Assembly: GCA_964482725.1 (NCBI GenBank)
Contig: CAYZYT010000005.1
Location: forward strand, 88,133 to 152,132
DNA: 64,000 bases
Reading direction: 5' to 3'
Origin: an uncultured bacterium
Lineage (GTDB): Bacteria > Omnitrophota > Omnitrophia > Omnitrophales > Aquincolibacteriaceae
Positions 56,822 to 64,000 of the stretch are shown here, in pieces (the first letter of the stretch is position 1; every line of letters begins with the position of its first letter). The notes beneath the pieces are model-generated. The model was not told where the DNA came from. It was given only the letters and a program-made list of their open reading frames with translations, and ran no database searches. The position numbers and the translations under genes were made by a program.

Positions 56822-57685
56822 TCACACCTCAACCTCAGCAATATCCGAATCCTTCACCCAACCGCTCTCCCCGTTCGTTAAAAGTACACGGCTCCAATCT
56901 TCGCGCCGGTCCATCACAAACACCTTGATGCCTTCCCCCATGCGGAACGCGACCTGGTCCCGTTCCGACGGCCCGTAACGGGCTTCGCACTCTTTTTGCA
57001 TCACGATCGCATCCCGGATCACGTTGCTCTGAACCTGTTTGCCGAACGCCACAAGCGCCGCGAGTAAAAGCAAAATAAAAACAAACTGCTGCCATGGATT
57101 CCAGAAAACCCCGCGCCCGCTCAAAAAATAAAGAATCCCGCCGGCCAGAAAAACAAACAGAAACGCGAGAGCTACAACATAGATTTCTTTCTCGGTCGCA
57201 TATTTAAGAACGACCTCCGTGGCCTTCAAGTACCAATTCCGCGTATCCTCGACACGATATTCCAGGAGTCCACGCGTGTAACGCAAATTCGCCCGGATGT
57301 CTCCGTTCCGGGGATCGAGACGCAGAGCTTTTTCATAATTCAGGATCGCCTGGCTCAATTTCCCAAGCCGCACATAGGTATTTGCGAGATTATAATAGAA
57401 TACCGCCATACGGGGTTCCGCAGCGATCAAGGACTCATAAAGCTCCGAAGCTTTCGCGTAGTCTCCGGTCCGGTAGCTCGTGTTGGCATCCTGAAAGAAC
57501 CTTGAAGCCGGAGTCTCCGCATGCACCGCGGGCGCAAAACATAACGCGATCCATAAAAAGAACGTCAGCCGTTTCATCCCGTTAGAAAAATCAACGCCTT
57601 TCTTCAAAGTGCGCATCCCCGTCATTCTCGCACACGTTGCATTGAATGGAACCGTTATGAAATTTATTTTTCTAACGGGATTCAT
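56822..57685 (-). CDS. TPR + SH3-like protein (BatE-like)
   Basis: TPRs (YYNLANTYVRLGKLSQAILNYEKALRLDP), two TMs, C-terminal EGIKVFV...W...GWV; follows the BatD-like gene; true start may be downstream. Confidence 0.82.
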   Translation of the reverse strand: MNPVRKINFITVPFNATCARMTGMRTLKKGVDFSNGMKRLTFFLWIALCFAPAVHAETPASRFFQDANTSYRTGDYAKASELYESLIAAEPRMAVFYYNLANTYVRLGKLSQAILNYEKALRLDPRNGDIRANLRYTRGLLEYRVEDTRNWYLKATEVVLKYATEKEIYVVALAFLFVFLAGGILYFLSGRGVFWNPWQQFVFILLLLAALVAFGKQVQSNVIRDAIVMQKECEARYGPSERDQVAFRMGEGIKVFVMDRREDWSRVLLTNGESGWVKDSDIAEVEV

Positions 57686-59601
57686 TTCCGCATCCTTTCG
57701 ATCCGGTTCACCGTATCCTGGAAGATCTTGAGTCCGATCTTTTTCGACGCCTGCGGGATCGAGCCCTTTCCAAAACGGAACTCATCACAAAGACGGTAAA
57801 GCGCAAGCACGTCTTTCAGATAGGCGCTCTCCGCCCCGAAGTGCGCGGTCAAAGTCTCGGCCAGATCCTGCCGCGTCACACCGTGAGTCGAAAGATTCCA
57901 CTTGTCCGTGATGTATTGGATCATAGCCTTTTCAAGGTCTGCAAAAAAGATCTCCGTATCTTCGTCCCTCGAAGAGTGAGCGAGTTTCTTGAGTTTGTTA
58001 ATGTTGGCCGCCGCGGTCCCTCGGGCCGTCTTCCGACGCCTGAGAGCGTGATCTTTTGAAAAAAGACGGTCCTGACGATCCTTCATCCAAAGCACCACGA
58101 GCAACGCAAAAAGGGAAAGATCTCCCCCCAGAAGGATCGTGTAGGCCCCATCCACCGCGTGCGCCGGAATAGCCTCGGGATTTTTTTCGTTGATATAGCG
58201 GATATCCTTCCCTTCCGACTTGACCTGTTTTTGAAAAATGGCATTGCCGGCAAGCTCCTGCGGCATCTGGAAATTCTGCTCGGAATGCTCCACCTGGATC
58301 GGAAAATTCGGGGTCGTCAAGGTCACGTATTTTTCCTGCCGGGGATCAAAAAAACTGAACTCGATCGGAGGAACAAAAGAATCCCCCTCCTCCTTCGGGA
58401 TAAAAACGACCTCAAAGCTCTTCGTGCCCCCGATCACGTTCTCGGTCTGAAAAAGTTTTGAATTAGTGTCGGAGTCATAGGTCTTAAAACCCGTAAGCGC
58501 CGGAACTTTCGGCCGCGTGATCGTCTCAATATTGCCTTCCCCCTCAATGACCATTTTTAGCGTCACAGGCTCATTCTGCTTCACCTTATCCCGATCGATC
58601 GTGGCCGAGAGACGGAAGTTCCCCACCGCGCCCTGGAAACTTGCCGGCTTGCCCTTTTCCGGCAAAGCCTTCACCACAAGCTGGATGGGCGGAGGCGAGA
58701 GCAAGCGATTCTGTCTCCGCGCAAAAAAAGCGCCGCCCGTAAAAAAGCTGTCGCTGAAAAATTCATCGAAAGCATTCGACCCTTGCTGCTCTTCGCGGAT
58801 CGAGACCTTCAGACTTCCGGGCTGGATCGTATAGTTGCCGGGGGCGGTCGGGAAAAGAGCGAGTTTTTTCACGTCGGCCTTCACATAACGCTTGCCGTTC
58901 ATGCGAACCGTCTCGCGGGCGACATCCCGATCCATCGGAAATTCCTCGATCCAAAACCCGCTCGTCTCAGGTTCTTTGTCAAACCCTTCATACCGTGTGT
59001 CATAGCGGGTGTAAAGGGAATAGGTCAAAAGCATCTGCTCGTTCTGAAAAAGGGTCTTCCGATCCACCCATGCCTGGACGAAAATGTTGTCATCCGTCCC
59101 CGGAGACACCGAAACGGCCCGATCCTGATCGACCGGTTGCGTTACCGGAGGGGAAAACCGCGCAGGCTGCTGCGTTGCCACACGTTGCGGCGCGACTTGC
59201 GTCTGCGCCATCTGGTTCTGGCCTCCCGAAACTTCAATCACAAGAGGCTCGGTCCGAAGGACCGTCTGGCCCGACTGAACTTCCACCGGACTCAGAGTGA
59301 AACGTCCGGCCCTTTGTGGGATGAGCGTGTAGCTGAACTCGACATTTGCAGAGGTCATCCCGTTGACGACCGAGATGTGTGAAGCGCGACCGGTATAGTA
59401 GGTTTGAAAACCATCGAGTTGCGAAAGTCTCGGCGCCTGAAGATTCATACTCTGCCCCGTGACGCGGATACTGAGCCGAACCTCTTCCCCGACCTGCACC
59501 GATCGCTTGCTCAGAGTGGCGGACACACGAACTTCCTCGGCCTGAAGGGACGGGGCAAAAACACCCCAGAGAATGAATGCTGTTAAAAGGATTTTTTTCA
59601 T
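57682..59601 (-). CDS. BatD family protein
   Basis: Signal peptide, Ig-like repeats, FQGAVGNF, GEGNI, FSFFDP..KYVT, C-terminal TM. Confidence 0.87.
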   Translation of the reverse strand: MKKILLTAFILWGVFAPSLQAEEVRVSATLSKRSVQVGEEVRLSIRVTGQSMNLQAPRLSQLDGFQTYYTGRASHISVVNGMTSANVEFSYTLIPQRAGRFTLSPVEVQSGQTVLRTEPLVIEVSGGQNQMAQTQVAPQRVATQQPARFSPPVTQPVDQDRAVSVSPGTDDNIFVQAWVDRKTLFQNEQMLLTYSLYTRYDTRYEGFDKEPETSGFWIEEFPMDRDVARETVRMNGKRYVKADVKKLALFPTAPGNYTIQPGSLKVSIREEQQGSNAFDEFFSDSFFTGGAFFARRQNRLLSPPPIQLVVKALPEKGKPASFQGAVGNFRLSATIDRDKVKQNEPVTLKMVIEGEGNIETITRPKVPALTGFKTYDSDTNSKLFQTENVIGGTKSFEVVFIPKEEGDSFVPPIEFSFFDPRQEKYVTLTTPNFPIQVEHSEQNFQMPQELAGNAIFQKQVKSEGKDIRYINEKNPEAIPAHAVDGAYTILLGGDLSLFALLVVLWMKDRQDRLFSKDHALRRRKTARGTAAANINKLKKLAHSSRDEDTEIFFADLEKAMIQYITDKWNLSTHGVTRQDLAETLTAHFGAESAYLKDVLALYRLCDEFRFGKGSIPQASKKIGLKIFQDTVNRIERMRK

Positions 59602-59634
59602 ATAAAGGTCACTTGGACGGGTATTGTATAGGAA

Positions 59635-60591
59635 TCACAACGCAATTTCAAACAACGAGTTAAGTAAGGTACGCTTTAATGACAGTGTCTGGAGCAGTCG
59701 CTCGAGTTCCCCGGGAGTTTTCACTCGCGCGTGGAGCTCGAATCCGGACTCTTCAAACCCCTGAACAGGCTCCAAGCGAAACTCTTTGGCATCGCGAAGA
59801 ATATCCGCCCGTCGCTCCTCGAAGGCTTCGAGATAAAGCGCATACCCCGGAAAACGTAACCGCTTGACGCGAGCAAAGAACCGGTCCGCTTTCGTGCGCG
59901 GGTCCATACCGCGAACGTCCAACTTTGCGAGGAGCTGATGCTCCCGGCAAAGTGCCCGGAGGGATTTCCCCGTCCCCTTCATGAGATCCGCCAACCATTC
60001 TCCGGACTGAGACAGCTGGGAACTCGTCAGCCTCACTTGGGCCCCGATCTTCTGAGAGAAATAATCCTGGTCGTCTCCCGAGAATTTCAAAAAAGATAAG
60101 ATCCCTCGAAGCGGTAAAGACCCGTCCTCCACAAGGTCCTTGAAGGACGTTTGAAATCGATCCGCCTTTCGGTAAAACTCTAGCAAAGCCTTATCTCCCG
60201 GGAGTCCCAGTAGAGGCATGACCCCAGAAAGGATCTCAGTATCTTCAAGGTGGAATTCCCGGGCCGCCATCCCAAGCGCCCGAGCCCGATCCATGTCCGA
60301 GCATCCCTGCTTCCAGTTGGAAACCAGATTCAAAAGAAAAGCTTCCTTCGGCTCCATGGCCTCCGCGACAAGCACCGGCACTTCCTTCATCTTCAAACCC
60401 TGCGCCGCAAAGAGGCGCTTGTGGCCCACGATAACGACCGGACGCTCCGCATGCGTTACCACGAGCGGCATCAGAATCCCAAAACGTTTCAACGAAGCCT
60501 TGAGAGCGTCATCCCGAAGACGATACCGAAAGCAATGCGGCATGCCCTTGGAGAGCTTGGAGATCTTCAGGACTTTATCGTAGCGAGCCAT
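59635..60591 (-). CDS. ParB/Srx N-terminal domain protein
   Basis: LKASLKRFGILMPLVV...IVGHKRL.AA..L. Confidence 0.75.
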   Translation of the reverse strand: MARYDKVLKISKLSKGMPHCFRYRLRDDALKASLKRFGILMPLVVTHAERPVVIVGHKRLFAAQGLKMKEVPVLVAEAMEPKEAFLLNLVSNWKQGCSDMDRARALGMAAREFHLEDTEILSGVMPLLGLPGDKALLEFYRKADRFQTSFKDLVEDGSLPLRGILSFLKFSGDDQDYFSQKIGAQVRLTSSQLSQSGEWLADLMKGTGKSLRALCREHQLLAKLDVRGMDPRTKADRFFARVKRLRFPGYALYLEAFEERRADILRDAKEFRLEPVQGFEESGFELHARVKTPGELERLLQTLSLKRTLLNSLFEIAL

Positions 60592-61691
60592 TCCTTCTCC
60601 AATTGTGAGGTAGAGATCCCAAGCACTTCCTCGATCGCCTGTTCCGCGGGCTTCCCTTCCTTGAACTTCACCAGGATCTCTTTCATTCGGTACAGTTGAA
60701 AACGCTCCACCAGATAGCGAACAAGCACGAACACCTCCTGGTAAAAAAGCGCGACCTCCAGAGGGTCCATCTTGTCTATTTGCAAACTCTCGGAAAGGAG
60801 CCGGCTCATCGGCATGAGGGCCTGCGTCCGAACGGCCGCGTTAAAAACCGTCGTATCCACCGGCTGGACCTTATTTTGCTCATATTGAGCCAGACCTTCA
60901 TGGATCCAGGCCGGAGCACGCGCCCCACTCAGGGCCGACACGAATGCGTGGGTCATCTCGTGAACTGCGGCCGACCGCAAGTCGGCCTCTCTAAAACCCT
61001 GGCGATAGGCCGGAAGCCGAATTTTCCCGTCATAGAGCCCCCCCACCCACAAGGATTGTCCGGTCACAGCATGAAAATCTTTCCCGGAATAAAAAAGAAC
61101 CGTGGTCTTATGATTGAAATAAGCGCCGAAGTCCTGCGAGATCTGGCGGTACACCTCCCGCAAGAGGGTCTTCAACCAATCCCCTTCGTAGCCCTGCTCG
61201 CCCTTCCGGTATTTGATGATGAAGTGCTCTTCATCGTAAGTATCGAGATCTTTTTCGACTAAATTTTCTTTTTGGATCTTTTCGATCTTCTGGCGCAACC
61301 GTGTCGAGGGGCTCACGAGATAACTTTGTTTATAAAAATTTTCAGCCTTTTTAAAATTCTGTTGGAGATTCTCGATCTCCCCCAGAAGCTCCAGGGCCAA
61401 GGCGTTCCTCGGCTCCAGCGAAAGCGACTCATTGAGCGCATCGCGGGCCAGCTCGAATTCATTTTTCTCAAAGAACTTAACCGCGTCATTATAAAGCTCG
61501 ATCGCCATAGGCGTCATCGGCGCACGCCCGCCCTTCCCGGCGTAAAACCTCTCGATCTCGATCTTTTGCCGGCGTTCCACCGTCTCTTTGCCGCGGTCAT
61601 CCCCGTTGGGGGCGGCATAGGTACAATCTGCAGCAAGAAAAATCAAAAACGGTAGCGCAACGCACAACGCGCAACGCGCAACGATTTTCAT
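60567..61691 (-). CDS. TPR + peptidase MA-like zinc metalloprotein
   Basis: Signal peptide MKIVARCALCVALPFLIFLAA, TPRs, HEMTH...PAWIHEGLAQY. The track ORF start at 61787 overlaps the upstream gene and is probably too long. Confidence 0.85.
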   Translation of the reverse strand: MKIVARCALCVALPFLIFLAADCTYAAPNGDDRGKETVERRQKIEIERFYAGKGGRAPMTPMAIELYNDAVKFFEKNEFELARDALNESLSLEPRNALALELLGEIENLQQNFKKAENFYKQSYLVSPSTRLRQKIEKIQKENLVEKDLDTYDEEHFIIKYRKGEQGYEGDWLKTLLREVYRQISQDFGAYFNHKTTVLFYSGKDFHAVTGQSLWVGGLYDGKIRLPAYRQGFREADLRSAAVHEMTHAFVSALSGARAPAWIHEGLAQYEQNKVQPVDTTVFNAAVRTQALMPMSRLLSESLQIDKMDPLEVALFYQEVFVLVRYLVERFQLYRMKEILVKFKEGKPAEQAIEEVLGISTSQLEKEWLATIKS

Positions 61692-61693
61692 AA

Positions 61694-62839
61694 TCACGAG
61701 CCTCGAGTCTCTGGTCTCTGGTCTAAAGTCGGGTGTTTGGCCATTTTCACACGTTTGCCGATCGACGGATGGTCGTAAAAAAACCACTCATACCAAGACG
61801 GCGGCTCCGGATCTGCGAGGTTCTGCGCACCCAGTTTCTCCATACAAGTAATGAAAACTTCCGGTGTCCCAAGCGCTTTTAATGCGAACTCATCCGCGGC
61901 CCGTTCCCGCCGCCTGGAATAACCGTTCATGATCGGCATCAGGATCAGATTGACAACATAAAAGATCAAGAAAAGCAACGGCAAGCCCGCCGCATCCGCC
62001 GTGGAATTCAAGGACAGCCCAGGGGCCAGCGCATTCATTCCAAAGAACCCGGTGGCAAACGCCATAAGCGAAGCCACGAGGCCAAACGCCAGCAGCCGCC
62101 AGATATCACGATTTTTGAAATGGCCCAGCTCATGCGCCACGACCACCTCCACCTCGGAATGCGTGAAGTTCTGAGTTAACGTATCGCTTAAAACCACGCG
62201 CTTGGTCCTCCCGAGTCCCATGAACGCCGCGTTCGCCTTCTTGGTCGTCTTGCTCAAATTGAGCGAATAGACGTTCCCGACCGGCATGTCAAAACGGGCA
62301 GCAAGTTTCAGAACTTTCGTCTCCAGTTCCTTATCTTCAAGCCTACCATACTTATAGAAAAGCGGGACGATCACAACAGGGAAAACCTTCCCGAGGATAT
62401 AACTCACGAACGCGTAAGCCGCCCAGGCCCAGACCCACCAGCTCCAAGGGAACTGTCGGATCAAAAAATACAAACATTCCAGAAGGACGAGCGACAACAC
62501 AAATGAAAGCAGCGTCTTCTTCCCGAGATCCAAAAGCCACTGGCCGAAGTTCTGGTTCGAGAGACCAAATTGGTGCTCCAGAACAAATCCGGAATAAAAA
62601 GAAAGCGGCAGATCGAAGATCAGAAAAAAAAGGGAAAAGAGAACAAAATAGACCGCGATAACACCCCACTCACTGACTCCGGCGAGCGCAATGGCGTTCT
62701 GCCGCATCCCGAACGTCCATCCGCTCGCGATCAGGATGCCGAGAAGCGCTGGCGTAAGGATAAGGTGGAAAAGCGTCAGCTTGCGCTTGATGCCTTGATA
62801 TGCCGCAGCTTGTTTCGATTGATCAGCCTGTATTTCCAT
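61694..62839 (-). CDS. M48 (Ste24-like) membrane zinc metallopeptidase
   Basis: Multiple TMs, NAAFMGLGRTKRVVLSDTL, HELGH, ERAADEFA, DHPSIGKR; start placed at MEIQAD. Confidence 0.93.
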   Translation of the reverse strand: MEIQADQSKQAAAYQGIKRKLTLFHLILTPALLGILIASGWTFGMRQNAIALAGVSEWGVIAVYFVLFSLFFLIFDLPLSFYSGFVLEHQFGLSNQNFGQWLLDLGKKTLLSFVLSLVLLECLYFLIRQFPWSWWVWAWAAYAFVSYILGKVFPVVIVPLFYKYGRLEDKELETKVLKLAARFDMPVGNVYSLNLSKTTKKANAAFMGLGRTKRVVLSDTLTQNFTHSEVEVVVAHELGHFKNRDIWRLLAFGLVASLMAFATGFFGMNALAPGLSLNSTADAAGLPLLFLIFYVVNLILMPIMNGYSRRRERAADEFALKALGTPEVFITCMEKLGAQNLADPEPPSWYEWFFYDHPSIGKRVKMAKHPTLDQRPETRGS

Positions 62840-62932
62840 ATCGGCCCTCAGTGGCAGGTCGCATATCGTATGTCGCATGTCGTCTGCACACCGCCGTCTT
62901 CCTATTTCGACATACGACCTACCACCTACGAC

Positions 62933-63679
62933 TTACTGTTTTTCGCTAAATTCCGTCATCACTCCCAAATGATCCGACGGCCAAATCCCATCCCGGGGTT
63001 CCTGGAACACCACCCGCGAAGCAAGGATCTTTTTGAAAGGCCCCGTCCGCTCCCGGATAAAAATATAATCGATGCGTCGCTCGGCCATCTTGACTCGTTC
63101 CGCTTCCGCATAGGGATTCCTGTAATCCCAGGTGAGTCCCGGATCGCCCGGATTTTTTGTCTGAAAGGTATCGCACCATTTCATCGTCTCCCGGAAATAG
63201 GCCACCGAGGGCGTCTCCGGTCCCGCATTAAGATCTCCCAGGAGCGCCACGGGGAGATTCGCGGCCATCCTCGCCGCAAACGCCTCAAGCTCCAGTGTCT
63301 GCTTCAGCCGCACCTCCTGCTCGTCCATTTTCCAGGAAAGATGCGTGTTAAAAAGAGCGATCTTCTCCCCACCCGTATCGACCTGCATATAAAAAGCATA
63401 CCGAAGGTAATCTTCGGTCGGCGACTGGGTCTTCATCACCAGGCATTCCTGTTCGACCGGCTTGAATTTCGAAAGAAAGATCAGTCCGGAGTGTTCGCCG
63501 CTCACCGCCAAGTACGGGTAACCGCTCCGCTCACGGACCTCGCGGGCCCAGTCCATGCTGAAAACTTCCTGAAAGCCGACCACATCGGCATCGTATCCCC
63601 GAAGCCCCCGGAAGATCAGTTCCCAGCGCTCACGCCACGGGCCACGTTCCTGCCAAGTATTTAAAGTGAGGATTTTCAT
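62933..63679 (-). CDS. Endonuclease/exonuclease/phosphatase family protein
   Basis: ILTLN, FQEV, NTHL, GDLN, RIDYIF, PSDH. Confidence 0.93.
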   Translation of the reverse strand: MKILTLNTWQERGPWRERWELIFRGLRGYDADVVGFQEVFSMDWAREVRERSGYPYLAVSGEHSGLIFLSKFKPVEQECLVMKTQSPTEDYLRYAFYMQVDTGGEKIALFNTHLSWKMDEQEVRLKQTLELEAFAARMAANLPVALLGDLNAGPETPSVAYFRETMKWCDTFQTKNPGDPGLTWDYRNPYAEAERVKMAERRIDYIFIRERTGPFKKILASRVVFQEPRDGIWPSDHLGVMTEFSEKQ

Positions 63680-63761
63680 AAAAACGTGTTAAGTGGTAAG
63701 CGGTAAGTAAAATCATTCGCCAGCCTGGGCTCTTCACCTCTTACCCCTTATCACTTACAAC

Positions 63762-64000
63762 TTACCCCTGTTTTTGGTGTCTTATATGCTCCAATCTCCC
63801 GATCATTTCATGACGGATCTTTTCTTTGGCTTCGTCCATCGAACTGTCCTCAAAATCATCCAGAGATACGGGTTTCCCGATCGAGACGATGAACGTACTT
63901 TTCTTTTTTATCAGCCAGGATCGCTTGGGCAGCGCCTGACCGGTTCCGTCGACCACGACCGGAAGGATCTCGATCTTGTTGTCACGTGCGAGCTTGAAGG
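63762..64000 (-). CDS. 1-acyl-sn-glycerol-3-phosphate acyltransferase-like, C-terminal part (5' truncated by the window)
   Basis: FKLARDNKIEILPVVVDGTGQALPK...IVSIGKPV is typical of the PlsC C-terminus. Confidence 0.65.
   Translation of the reverse strand, partial: FKLARDNKIEILPVVVDGTGQALPKRSWLIKKKSTFIVSIGKPVSLDDFEDSSMDEAKEKIRHEMIGRLEHIRHQKQG

Noticed and set aside
62570-63664. 364-aa + strand ORF (also 50506-51483 and similar)
   Set aside because: Antisense to well-supported minus-strand genes.

Overview
The window has two parts, with almost all coding on the minus strand. (1) Positions 1-36323 are one giant minus-strand ORF of at least 12,107 codons. It is missing from the supplied ORF track because it has no stop inside the window; the long + strand ORFs in this region are its antisense shadows. 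I translated most of it by hand. From the N-terminus it reads: signal peptide; an IQDAH...EGA...TGGFH domain (Tiki/TraB/EreA/ChaN-like); a multi-TM block; a second signal-like segment and a Pro/Ala/Lys-rich stalk; six TolC-like (OEP) repeats, equal to three TolC protomers in one chain; about 2,200 aa of unknown helical sequence; a membrane GT2/glucan-synthase-like module; HEAT repeats; then a run of sugar/nucleotide-sugar enzyme domains (YdcF/DUF218, HIT-like, UDPGP, NAGPA-like, GDPGP1/VTC2-like, FPGT-like, extended SDR epimerase). Most modules are separated by a recurring R-[SA]-E-x-[RK] pentapeptide, which suggests a processed bacterial polyprotein. (2) Positions 36324-64000 hold a sigma70-like promoter for the giant gene, tRNA-Ala(CGC) with degenerate hairpin-interrupted copies, a lipid-catabolism cluster, PilZ/YajQ/SPOR genes, the PVC small basic protein, lepA-lepB, rpe, an M16 peptidase, ruvX, trpBA, BatD/BatE-like genes and further peptidases. 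Gene content points to a PVC-superphylum bacterium, most likely Ca. Omnitrophota (inference). Domain calls come from recognising motifs by eye, not from database searches, and domain boundaries are approximate.
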